Shown here one piece after another: positions 55,785-64,000 of a stretch of DNA of 64,000 nt. This DNA comes from Bacteroidales bacterium (GTDB lineage Bacteria; Bacteroidota; Bacteroidia; Bacteroidales; VadinHA17): the NCBI GenBank assembly GCA_034003345.1, contig JAVEYS010000004.1, positions 1,560-65,559 on the forward strand, written 5' to 3'. The notes below the pieces were generated by a model. The model had not been told where the DNA came from. It was given only the letters and a program-made list of their open reading frames with translations, and ran no database searches. Position 1 is the first letter of the stretch; each line of letters begins with the position of its first letter. Both the position numbers and the translations under genes were made by a program.

Positions 55785-57713
55785 TTACTTGACCTCTTCG
55801 AAGTCGACGTCTGTCACCTGCTCGTCGTCGCCCTTGCCGTTACCTGCCTGGCCACCGTCGCCACCGTCAGCAGGTCCTGCCTGTGGTCCTGCCTGTGGTC
55901 CCTGACCTTCTTGTGCATGCTTGTACATATCCTCTGAGGCTGCCTGCCATGCGGCATTGATCTCTTCCAGTGCGCGGTCAATGGCTGTCAGATCCTTGTT
56001 CTTATGAGCCTCGCGTAGTTGTCCGAGGGCGTTCTCGATACGACCTTTCTTGTCTGTCGGTATCTTATCGCCATACTCCTTCAGCTGCTTCTCTGTCTGG
56101 AAGATCATGCTGTCGGCAGCGTTGACCTTGTCGGCCATCTCTTTGGCAGCTTTGTCGGAGGCCTCATTGGCCCTGGCCTCGTCGCGCATACGCCGTATCT
56201 CCTCTTCACTCAGTCCTGACGATGCCTCAATGCGTATACTCTGCTCTCTGCCGGTGCCCTTGTCTTTTGCCGAGACGTGCAGGATACCGTTGGCGTCGAT
56301 ATCAAAGGTTACCTCTATCTGGGGTATGCCACGCGGGGCTGGCGGTATGCCGTCGAGGTGGAAGCGTCCGATAGTCTTATTACCGGAGGCAATAGGCCTA
56401 TCACCCTGCAGCACGTGTATCTCTACCGACGGCTGGCTGTCGCTTGCCGTGGTGAATGTTTCAGTCTTGCGGGTAGGTATGGTGGTGTTGGATTCAATGA
56501 GTTTCGTCATGACGCCGCCCATGGTCTCTATGCCGAGTGACAGAGGTGTAACATCAAGCAAAAGCACATCCTTGACCTCGCCGGTGAGCACGCCGCCCTG
56601 GATGGCAGCGCCTACGGCTACCACCTCGTCAGGATTGACACCCTTGGATGGCACCTTGCCAAAGAACTTCTCAACAATCTGCTGCACGGCAGGGATACGT
56701 GTTGACCCGCCTACAAGCAGTACCTCGTCAATATCTGATGTTTTCATCCCTGCATCATTAAGCGCCTTGCGGCACGGCTCAATGACTGAGTTGAGGAGCT
56801 TGTCTGTCAGCTTCTCAAACTGAGCCCTTGTGAGGGTCTTTACGAGATGCTTGGGAATGCCGTTGACAGGCATGATATAGGGGAGATTGATCTCAGTGCT
56901 TGTTGTGCTTGATAGTTCGATCTTAGCTTTTTCTGCTGCTTCCTTCAGTCTCTGCAGTGCCATCGGGTCTTTGCGGAGATCTATGCCCTCCTCTTTCTGG
57001 AACTCATCGGCCAGCCAGTCGATGACCATGTTGTCAAAGTCGTCACCGCCCAGATGGGTGTCGCCGTTGGTCGATTTGACCTCGAACACACCTTCACCCA
57101 GCTCAAGGATGGAGATATCAAAGGTACCGCCACCGAGATCGAAGACAGCGATTTTCAGATCGTGTGATTTCTTATCGAGGCCGTATGCCAGCGATGCGGC
57201 GGTAGGCTCGTTGATGATACGCTTGACCTTCAGTCCCGCAATCTCACCGGCCTCTTTTGTAGCCTGCCGCTGTGAGTCGTTGAAATATGCCGGTACGGTA
57301 ATGACAGCTTCAGTGACCTCCTGACCAAGATAATCCTCAGCGGTCTTTTTCATCTTCTGGAGCACTATGGCGGAGATCTCCTGAGGTGAATAGTTGCGGT
57401 CGTCAATCTTAACCCTCGGAGTGTTATTGTCGCCGCGGATGATCTCATAGGTCAGCTTCTTCATCTCATTTGTCACTTCGTCGAAGCTCCTGCCCATGAA
57501 ACGTTTGATTGATGAAATGGTCTTGGTTGGGTTGGTTATAGCCTGTCTCTTTGCAGGGTCACCTACCTTGCGCTCGCCATTCTCAAGAAAAGCTACCACC
57601 GAAGGGGTGGTGCGTTTGCCTTCACTGTTGGGGATAACCACTGGCTCGTTGCCTTCCATCACTGAAACACATGAGTTGGTGGTTCCCAAGTCAATACCGA
57701 TAATTTTTCCCAT
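55785..57713 (-). CDS. dnaK: molecular chaperone DnaK (Hsp70)
   Basis: 642 aa. It has [19 protein letters not shown] and the full Hsp70 signature set. Confidence 0.97.
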   Translation of the reverse strand: MGKIIGIDLGTTNSCVSVMEGNEPVVIPNSEGKRTTPSVVAFLENGERKVGDPAKRQAITNPTKTISSIKRFMGRSFDEVTNEMKKLTYEIIRGDNNTPRVKIDDRNYSPQEISAIVLQKMKKTAEDYLGQEVTEAVITVPAYFNDSQRQATKEAGEIAGLKVKRIINEPTAASLAYGLDKKSHDLKIAVFDLGGGTFDISILELGEGVFEVKSTNGDTHLGGDDFDNMVIDWLADEFQKEEGIDLRKDPMALQRLKEAAEKAKIELSSTTSTEINLPYIMPVNGIPKHLVKTLTRAQFEKLTDKLLNSVIEPCRKALNDAGMKTSDIDEVLLVGGSTRIPAVQQIVEKFFGKVPSKGVNPDEVVAVGAAIQGGVLTGEVKDVLLLDVTPLSLGIETMGGVMTKLIESNTTIPTRKTETFTTASDSQPSVEIHVLQGDRPIASGNKTIGRFHLDGIPPAPRGIPQIEVTFDIDANGILHVSAKDKGTGREQSIRIEASSGLSEEEIRRMRDEARANEASDKAAKEMADKVNAADSMIFQTEKQLKEYGDKIPTDKKGRIENALGQLREAHKNKDLTAIDRALEEINAAWQAASEDMYKHAQEGQGPQAGPQAGPADGGDGGQAGNGKGDDEQVTDVDFEEVK

Positions 57714-57916
57714 TGTTATACTTGTTTTATACTTTAATTTCTTTTCTGATATCCCTTTTTATGTCAATGTTTGTGCCACAGGGTCTCCGTATGTGATATT
57801 AAGAAATTATGTCATGATTGAATGATCAGGCCGGTAGTATTGCTTTTCATGATTATGACAAAACGGCAGAACTGTGCAAAGAAAATGGATATAACACTAT
57901 TGCACTTCATATTTTG

Positions 57917-57924
57917 TAACTTTG
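57917..57924 (+). promoter_or_regulatory. candidate -7 promoter box TAACTTTG for panB
   Basis: Matches the TAnnTTTG consensus 25 bp upstream of the ATG at 57949. Confidence 0.35.
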
Positions 57925-57948
57925 CAACTGATAAAAATAAATCACAAG

Positions 57949-58764
57949 ATGGCAGCACAGAAGATTATTAAGATAGTGACCACCCATGTGCTTTACAAGA
58001 TGAAGCTTAAGGGCGAGAAGATAGCGATGCTTACCGCTTATGATTATTCTATGGCCAGGATCCTTGATGAGGCCGGAATTGATATAATTCTGGTAGGGGA
58101 CTCGGCTTCGAATGTGATGGCAGGTTTTGAGACCACTCTTCCCATCACCCTTGATAACATGATCTACCATGCTGCCTCGGTGGTCAGGGGAGTCAAGAGG
58201 GCACTTGTTGTTGTCGATCTTCCCTTTGGTACATACCAGGGCAACTCGCGCGAGGCGCTGGCATCAGCCATACGCATAATGAAAGAGACGGGTGCCGGTG
58301 CTGTTAAGTTGGAAGGAGGGCGTGAGATTGTTGAATCGATCGAGCGTATCCTGTCGGCAGGAATCCCTGTCATGGGTCATCTGGGACTTACACCGCAGTC
58401 AATACACAAGTTCGGTACCTATGTGGTACGAGCGAGGGAAGAGGAAGAGGCACGTAAGCTGAAGGAAGATGCCAGGATCATTGAGAAGGCCGGTTGTTTC
58501 GCCATAGTGCTGGAGAAGATCCCTGCTGCCCTGGCTGGCGAGGTTGCAGAGGCAGTGAAGGTGCCGGTGATAGGCATCGGAGCAGGGCCACAGGTAGACG
58601 GACAAGTGCTGGTGTTGCACGATATGCTGGGCATTAATATTGAATTCTCGCCGCGGTTCCTGAGAAGATATCACAACCTTCACAACGAGATAAAAGGGGC
58701 TGTCCAGAATTATATCAATGATGTCCGGTCGTGCGAGTTCCCTAATGAAAAGGAGCAGTATTGA
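57949..58764 (+). CDS. panB: 3-methyl-2-oxobutanoate hydroxymethyltransferase
   Basis: Starts [33 protein letters not shown]. It has [18 protein letters not shown] and GHLGLTPQS. Confidence 0.9.
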   Translation: MAAQKIIKIVTTHVLYKMKLKGEKIAMLTAYDYSMARILDEAGIDIILVGDSASNVMAGFETTLPITLDNMIYHAASVVRGVKRALVVVDLPFGTYQGNSREALASAIRIMKETGAGAVKLEGGREIVESIERILSAGIPVMGHLGLTPQSIHKFGTYVVRAREEEEARKLKEDARIIEKAGCFAIVLEKIPAALAGEVAEAVKVPVIGIGAGPQVDGQVLVLHDMLGINIEFSPRFLRRYHNLHNEIKGAVQNYINDVRSCEFPNEKEQY

Positions 58765-58774
58765 TATAAAGGTC

Positions 58775-58823
58775 TGAAGGTCTTGTCGGAGCGCAGCGGA
58801 GATCCTCGACTGAAAGTCAGGGC
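58775..58823. repeat. dispersed hairpin repeat, copy A
   Basis: The sequence is tgaaggtcttgtcggagcgcagcggagatcctcgactgaaagtcagggc. It shares the tgtcggagc...cggagatcc...gacNNaaagNNNggg core with copies at 62649 and 62724. Confidence 0.7.
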
Positions 58824-58971
58824 TGCCATGCGGTCTTGCAGTCTGAAGGTCATGAGGGATGACATTATAACGGGATAAAGTCTGGAATAATATGGTTGTA
58901 GGCCATAGGGTATAATAGCACAAACGAGATAACAAAAAATAATATGGCCGCAGGCCATTAAGATTATTAGA

Positions 58972-59661
58972 ATGATGACAAAAAGCCAGCCGGTAGTACT
59001 TTACGAGGACAATCATATAATCATTGTCAACAAACGTTCATCCGATCTTGTGCAGGGCGACGGCACGGGTGATGAGCCGCTGGATGATATGGTCAGGGCA
59101 TACATCAAGGAGAAGTATAACAAGCCGGGTGATGTTTTTCTGGGTGTGGTCCACAGGCTTGACCGGCCGGTGAGCGGATGTGTGGTCTATGCCCGCACCT
59201 CCAAGGCCCTGTCGCGTCTCAGTGAGCTATTCCGCACGCGTGAAGTAAAAAAATGCTACTGGGCAATTGTTACCGACCGGCCCCCGGAGGAGGAAGGCAC
59301 TCTTCGCAGCTATCTCAAGAAAAACGAGAAGCAGAATAAGTCATATGTATATGATAAGGAGGTAAAAGGTTCGAAGCTGGCTGATCTGTCGTACCGTTTA
59401 CTTGCACGTTCGGAGAGATACTACCTGCTTGAGGTTGATCTCTATACCGGCAGACATCACCAGATTAGGGCACAGCTTGCCGCTGCCGGTTGTCCGGTCA
59501 AGGGAGACCTGAAGTACGGTGCCAAAAGGTCAAACGAGGGAGGAGGCATCTCGCTCCATTCACGAAGGGTCTCGTTCGTTCACCCGGTAAAGAAGGAGGA
59601 GATAAGTGTTGTAGCTCCGTTGCCGGATGACAGGATATGGAAGCTGTTCAAAAATATCTGA
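58972..59661 (+). CDS. RluA-family pseudouridine synthase
   Basis: 229 aa. It has IIIVNKRSSDLVQ, the catalytic block HRLDRPVSGCVVYA, and TGRHHQIRAQLA. Confidence 0.85.
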   Translation: MMTKSQPVVLYEDNHIIIVNKRSSDLVQGDGTGDEPLDDMVRAYIKEKYNKPGDVFLGVVHRLDRPVSGCVVYARTSKALSRLSELFRTREVKKCYWAIVTDRPPEEEGTLRSYLKKNEKQNKSYVYDKEVKGSKLADLSYRLLARSERYYLLEVDLYTGRHHQIRAQLAAAGCPVKGDLKYGAKRSNEGGGISLHSRRVSFVHPVKKEEISVVAPLPDDRIWKLFKNI

Positions 59662-59793
59662 GGAGATTATTACATAAAAAATAAGAAGAGATACCTCTGC
59701 CGCATCTCTTCTCATACTAACCCAAAACTAACCTAAATCAACCACCTTATGAAAGCTGCTTCCCTGGTTGTTGGGTAATAGCAGCTTAGTTCG

Positions 59794-60264
59794 TTATTTT
59801 TTCATCAATATCTTGCTGGTCTCAGCAAGAATCTGGTCTGCCTCTTTTACCTTCTCCTTTGGGGCCCTGATGGTTACCTCCACGCCGTCAACCGAGATAT
59901 GGTAACGGACACCTTCCATCTCCTCCTGATCGAGGTGTATGGCCCTCATCTGACCCGATCTCATTCCCGGAGCTGCCATCTGACCAGAAAAACCCTCATC
60001 CATGCTATTCCAAACCATCCGGCTTCCAACACCCGGCTTGCGTATGATCCTTTTACCATCCCTGGTATCAATAATCAGGTTGCCTGCCTCGAATACCAGC
60101 GTGTCATTCTCAATTATGGTGGTATCTCTCGTAATGCCGTCTTCATTCACGGAGATAACGGTAATCGTCTTTTCTATCTGCTTCTTATCCTGTGCTGAAC
60201 CTGTCGCGGTGGAGAGCAGAAAGACTGCCATTATGACTGCTGTTGTTAAGAGTGATTTTTTCAT
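59794..60264 (-). CDS. hypothetical secreted protein
   Basis: 156 aa with signal peptide MKKSLLTTAVIMAVFLLSTATGSAQ. I recognise no family. It is divergent from the two-component system. Confidence 0.55.
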   Translation of the reverse strand: MKKSLLTTAVIMAVFLLSTATGSAQDKKQIEKTITVISVNEDGITRDTTIIENDTLVFEAGNLIIDTRDGKRIIRKPGVGSRMVWNSMDEGFSGQMAAPGMRSGQMRAIHLDQEEMEGVRYHISVDGVEVTIRAPKEKVKEADQILAETSKILMKK

Positions 60265-60395
60265 TTGTTCATTTCTGAATTCTGACCATACAAAAATAGT
60301 TCAAAATCACCGGTCAGGGGTTAAAGTGAGGTTAAAACTGGTTAACAAAAAGTTAAAACGGATTCCGGCTATATTTATATGTATAAATTTGCTTC

Positions 60396-61943
60396 ATGAA
60401 CAAACGGAAATTCACCGGCCTGATACTGTTAATGGGTATATCTATCGTTTTTATAATCTGGGTGCAGGTTACATGGATAAGCAATTCAGTGAGGACACAG
60501 AGCGAACAGTTTGATTTTTTTGTCATTAACAGTTTGCGAAACACCGTCAATTCGATGGAAACGAACCGTCGCATGAACTTCCTTAATGAGATGTTCATAA
60601 GAGGATATTCTGCATTGCCTCAGGCCATAAAGCGTACGGCAGAGCCAGGCATGACCGCTGAGAGTTTTACTATCCAGAGTAAGGCAACATCTGAAACGGA
60701 TTCAGTTGAGATCATTGTATCCACCAATAATAATCCCCCCGTAAAGATGAAGGTGCCACGTAATGAGGCAGAAACAATGCAGAACAGCATTGTGGTAGGC
60801 TCTGATGAATACTCGCGGTGGGTAAGACAGCAGGCGGTTGAATTCCAGTCGATGAGCAACCAGCTGGTATCTGAGATGTTTGTATGGGAGAAGAATATGA
60901 CTGTAAATAAAGAAGAGCTTCTTCATACGCTGGAGGGAGAGCTGACAGCATCGGGAATATCAACGCCTTTCGAGTTTGCATTAATAAGGGGAGACTCGAT
61001 ATTTGACGGTGTTTATTCGAAGGTTAAACCCAGGGAATTCATGGAGAGCCCGTACAGGGCCAATCTCTTTGCAGGAGGACTGCTGACAAAGGGGGAGACA
61101 GTTTCGGTGGTTTTCCCACGAAAGACAAACTATGTGCTCGGTACTATGGGACTGATGCTCGGGGGATTCGGTCTGTTCCTGCTAATAATACTTTCGACCT
61201 TCGCCCTCAGTCTCTGGTTCATTATCAGGCAGAAGAAGACTTCAGAGATGCAGGCCGACTTTATCAACAACATGACTCATGAGTTCAAGACGCCGTTAGC
61301 GACTATCTCGCTGGCTGCAGACACCATCGCTAACAACAGGGTGATTGCCGATGAAAGCAAGGTGCGTCACTTCATCAGTATGATCAAGAAGGAGAATTCG
61401 CGAATGAACAGGCAGGTTGAGACAATACTGCAGATAGCCACCCTCGACAAGCATGAGATGGATTTCGTTTTCAGTGAGACCGATCTGCATGAGGTGATCA
61501 CGCAGGCAGTGGAGACCATTGAGATACAGGTTAACGATAAGGGCGGGGTGATAAACCTTCATCTTGAGGCCGGGGAGAGCATTATTAACGGTGACAGTGA
61601 ACATTTAAGAAACCTGGTGCATAACCTGCTTGACAATGCCAACAAGTATTCCGAAGGTGCGCCTGAGATTACGCTATCCACGCACAGCAACGGTAGCGGC
61701 ATTTTTCTTGTTGTGGCTGATAAAGGTATTGGGATGAGCAAGACGGTGCAACACCGGGTGTTTGAGAGATTCTACAGGGAGACGACAGGTAATATACACA
61801 ATGTCAAGGGATTCGGATTGGGGCTGAATTACGTGAAGGCTATCACAGATGCACATGGAGGAACGGTCACTGTTGAGAGTGAGCAGGGGAAGGGAAGCAT
61901 TTTTACTGTATTTTTGCCATATACGACTGAGTCAAAGGCATGA
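60396..61943 (+). CDS. sensor histidine kinase
   Basis: 515 aa with two TM segments flanking a periplasmic region of ~220 aa. It has the H-box NNMTHEFKTPLATI, an N-box (NLLDNANKY) and G-boxes (DKGIGM, GFGLGLNYV). Confidence 0.85.
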   Translation: MNKRKFTGLILLMGISIVFIIWVQVTWISNSVRTQSEQFDFFVINSLRNTVNSMETNRRMNFLNEMFIRGYSALPQAIKRTAEPGMTAESFTIQSKATSETDSVEIIVSTNNNPPVKMKVPRNEAETMQNSIVVGSDEYSRWVRQQAVEFQSMSNQLVSEMFVWEKNMTVNKEELLHTLEGELTASGISTPFEFALIRGDSIFDGVYSKVKPREFMESPYRANLFAGGLLTKGETVSVVFPRKTNYVLGTMGLMLGGFGLFLLIILSTFALSLWFIIRQKKTSEMQADFINNMTHEFKTPLATISLAADTIANNRVIADESKVRHFISMIKKENSRMNRQVETILQIATLDKHEMDFVFSETDLHEVITQAVETIEIQVNDKGGVINLHLEAGESIINGDSEHLRNLVHNLLDNANKYSEGAPEITLSTHSNGSGIFLVVADKGIGMSKTVQHRVFERFYRETTGNIHNVKGFGLGLNYVKAITDAHGGTVTVESEQGKGSIFTVFLPYTTESKA

Positions 61944-62635
61944 AAAAAATCGCAAGGATATTTCTGGTTGAGGACGATGTGAGCTTTGGCTCCGTACTAA
62001 AATCGTATCTTGAAATAAATGATTATGAGGTTGACCTTGTTGACGATGGTAAGATAGCCGTTGACACCTTCCGCAGGGGCGTTTATGATCTCTGTATTCT
62101 TGACGTTATGTTGCCCCATGTTGATGGTTTCACTATTGCCTCGGAGATACGCATAATCAACTCCTCAATACCCATCATTTTCCTGACTGCCAAGAAGCTG
62201 AAGGAGGACCTGCTACATGGGTACGGTGTGGGGGCGGATGATTATGTAACCAAACCTTTTGACACTGACATACTCTTGTGTAAAATAAAGGCTATCATCG
62301 CCAGGAGGGACACACAGGACGGCTCAAGGGATATCTATGAGATAGGAAGATATATATATAATACCAAGCTTCGCACTCTTGCCATTGGTGACCAGGAGAG
62401 GCAACTCTCACCCAAAGAGGGGCAGTTGCTGGAGATGCTGGCACTGTCATCTAATGCACTTGTGAGCAGAGAGTCGGCACTGAAGAAGATTTGGGGCATT
62501 GATGACTACTTCACGGCGAGAAGCATGGATGTCTATATTACAAAGCTTCGTAAGTACCTTAGTGATGACCCGCAGATCATGCTAAAGAATATCCACGGCA
62601 GCGGGTTCCAGCTTATAATCGGTGAGCAGGAGTGA
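61940..62635 (+). CDS. OmpR/PhoB-family response regulator
   Basis: 231 aa. The receiver domain (ILDVMLPHVDG, LTAK) is followed by a winged-helix output domain (YITKLRKYL). Its start overlaps the kinase stop as ATGA. Confidence 0.9.
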   Translation: MKKIARIFLVEDDVSFGSVLKSYLEINDYEVDLVDDGKIAVDTFRRGVYDLCILDVMLPHVDGFTIASEIRIINSSIPIIFLTAKKLKEDLLHGYGVGADDYVTKPFDTDILLCKIKAIIARRDTQDGSRDIYEIGRYIYNTKLRTLAIGDQERQLSPKEGQLLEMLALSSNALVSRESALKKIWGIDDYFTARSMDVYITKLRKYLSDDPQIMLKNIHGSGFQLIIGEQE

Positions 62636-62654
62636 AGGAGTGAAGGAGTGAAGG
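62628..62654. repeat. 8-bp tandem repeat (aggagtga) x 3.4 spanning the response-regulator stop codon
   Basis: The sequence reads aggagtga, aggagtga, aggagtga, agg. The stop TGA at 62633-62635 lies in unit 1. Confidence 0.85.
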
Positions 62655-62693
62655 TCTTGTCGGGGCGCAGATCCTCAACTGAAAGGCCGGGAC
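62649..62693. repeat. dispersed hairpin repeat, copy B1
   Basis: The sequence is tgaaggtcttgtcggggcgcagatcctcaactgaaaggccgggac. Its first 15 nt are identical to copy A. Confidence 0.65.
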
Positions 62694-62723
62694 AGTTGTG
62701 CAGTTTAATGCGGGGTTACATCA

Positions 62724-62764
62724 TGTCGGAGCATACCGGAGATCCCTGACCTAAAGGTCGGGAC
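62724..62764. repeat. dispersed hairpin repeat, copy B2
   Basis: The sequence is tgtcggagcataccggagatccctgacctaaaggtcgggac. It contains the hairpin cctgacc-taaa-ggtcggg. Confidence 0.65.
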
Positions 62765-62876
62765 AGTCGTGCTGTTATGGGGTCATATGGGAGTATGGCA
62801 GAAACCCTGGCCGAAGAGTCGGAACGGTCATGGAGTCTCAGTTTTTTTATTAAAGGTCGAATCTTCTTCCCTTTGC

Positions 62877-63365
62877 CTACTTCTGCAGGTTGGTGCGGGT
62901 GAAGCTGAGCGGCATGAGCGACCGGCAGTTTTCCAGGATTATTACACCTGATTCACCTGCGAGGATTACCCTAAGAGGACTGTTCAGCCTCTGTTCCTCC
63001 TCAATAAGCATCTGTCTACAGTTACCGCAGGGTGGCACCGGGTCGCTGGTGGGCTTTCCATCAGCAAGTGCAACAATAGCAATTGCCGTGGCCTTTCTGT
63101 CACGGTAATTTGCTACCGTATATGAGAGTGCAGTCTTCTCAGCACAGCTTCCGGAGGGGAAAGCGGCGTTTTCAACATTAGCCCCCCTGACCACGGTACC
63201 GTCGTCAAGCAGGATGGCAGCTCCCACCATAAAATGTGAATAGGGCGCATAGGCTCCGGCAGCGGCAGATAGAGCCTCATTAACCAGGTGCCTGTCAGCT
63301 TCAGGAAGCTCATCTGCACTCTGATATTCCAGGTAAGAGATACTTAGTTCTCTCTTTTTCATCAT
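62877..63365 (-). CDS. cdd: cytidine deaminase
   Basis: 162 aa with the zinc motifs CAEKTAL and PCGNCRQ. Confidence 0.85.
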   Translation of the reverse strand: MMKKRELSISYLEYQSADELPEADRHLVNEALSAAAGAYAPYSHFMVGAAILLDDGTVVRGANVENAAFPSGSCAEKTALSYTVANYRDRKATAIAIVALADGKPTSDPVPPCGNCRQMLIEEEQRLNSPLRVILAGESGVIILENCRSLMPLSFTRTNLQK

Positions 63366-63589
63366 AATGAGATTTATTAACCAAGGTATACCGAAACGCC
63401 CATATTTTTTTTATTCCTGATGAGAGAATGTTTTCCGGGCTTGCATGCCCGTTGGTGTTTCTGGAAACATGGGTGTTTCATAAGCAATAACAGTGACATA
63501 TAGCGCAATAAAAGTAATAATATTTTTTCTCCGGCGTTAGGATTTGTAAAGGGTAATGACATTTTTATATTTTTGTCGAAACTCTTCTG

Positions 63590-64000
63590 ATGCGAAATCT
63601 TACCCGATATACATTCATACTCCTGCTTCTATTGCTTTATTCCTGCAGCTCCTCACGCAAGGTTGCAAGAAGCGTTGTCCCCTCAGGTGCCACCCCCTCC
63701 TACGCCATCAATTATCTTAACAGATATAGTGCACTGGCAGTTAGTGAGATGAGGAGGACAGGGATACCGGCAAGTATCACCCTGGCGCAGGGGATGCTCG
63801 AGTCTAATTATGGCCGAAGCACTCTGGCCACAGAGGGCAATAATCACTTCGGGATTAAATGCCACAATGACTGGAGAGGATCGAAGATCTATCATGATGA
63901 TAATCGCAAGGGAGAATGCTTCAGGTCCTACCGGTCGGCCGAGGATTCCTACAGGGATCACTCTGATTTTCTTGTCAACTCTTCCCGCTACAGGGATCTG
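63590..64000 (+). CDS. lipoprotein with a glucosaminidase (mannosyl-glycoprotein endo-beta-N-acetylglucosaminidase, FlgJ-type) domain; N-terminal 137 aa, continuing beyond the window
   Basis: It translates as MRNLTRYTFILLLLLLYSC-SSS, then GIPASITLAQGMLESNYGRSTLATEGNNHFGIKCH, then CFRSYRSAEDSYRDHSDFL. The frame is still open at 64000. It is absent from the ORF track. TATTTTTG at 63568-63575 is a possible -7 box. Confidence 0.75.
   Translation, partial: MRNLTRYTFILLLLLLYSCSSSRKVARSVVPSGATPSYAINYLNRYSALAVSEMRRTGIPASITLAQGMLESNYGRSTLATEGNNHFGIKCHNDWRGSKIYHDDNRKGECFRSYRSAEDSYRDHSDFLVNSSRYRDL

Noticed and set aside
56050-56823. 257-aa ORF (plus shorter ones at 56019, 56277, 56887 and 57496) on the strand opposite dnaK
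   Set aside because: It lies entirely inside the unambiguous dnaK CDS. The product is a Ser/Leu/Pro-rich low-complexity translation, typical of the antisense frame of a highly conserved, codon-biased gene. There is no independent start context.
58399-59016. 205-aa minus-strand ORF bridging panB, the spacer and the start of the pseudouridine synthase gene
   Set aside because: It overlaps two confidently identified plus-strand genes and the repeat element. It has no motif and an implausible composition.
60002-60514. 170-aa plus-strand ORF overlapping the 59794-60264 gene and the histidine kinase start
   Set aside because: It is antisense to a better ORF that has a clear signal peptide, and it runs through the divergent promoter region into the kinase gene.

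Overview
This is a chromosomal segment of a Bacteroidota genome, about 47% GC. The assignment rests on TAnnTTTG-type -7 promoter boxes and many type IX secretion (T9SS) and gliding genes. Coding density is high.

Housekeeping genes I recognise: hutU (partial), ispF, murF, mtaB, folC, a PIN/PhoH ATPase, a CCA-adding enzyme, trx, xseAB, dnaK, panB, an RluA-family synthase and cdd.

T9SS content is heavy. There is a porV-porU pair divergent from a PorP/SprF-like gene plus a GldJ-type lipoprotein. A 1931-aa SprB-like adhesin with a type-B C-terminal domain is followed by a second PorP/SprF gene and a beta-helix lipoprotein. An S8 peptidase carries a type-A C-terminal domain.

The best candidate for something undescribed is a compact five-gene operon (22626-28535). 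Every product has a signal peptide and none matches a family I can name. The products are a Cys-rich protein with a Gly/Ala-rich tail, a propeller-like protein with 17-aa Pro-rich repeats, a coiled-coil protein, a TPR-like protein and a fifth protein. The last two end in segments that look like 8-stranded beta-barrels. Genes 2 and 3 share a 53-aa module. I read this as a possible periplasm/outer-membrane assembly, but that is inference only.

Other notable items:
- A 1.29-kb DDE insertion sequence sits inside a (TTAAGAR)n heptanucleotide array.
- A promoter-proximal truncated tRNA-like fragment lies upstream of tRNA-Val.
- Short tandem duplications straddle several stop codons.
- A dispersed family of ~45-bp hairpin repeats occurs at two loci.
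- A BlaI / BlaR1-TonB fusion pair has duplicated operators.
- A decayed gene remnant lies downstream of the five-gene operon.

No CRISPR array, rRNA or recognisable defence system was seen. All family assignments come from motif recognition by eye. No database search was run.
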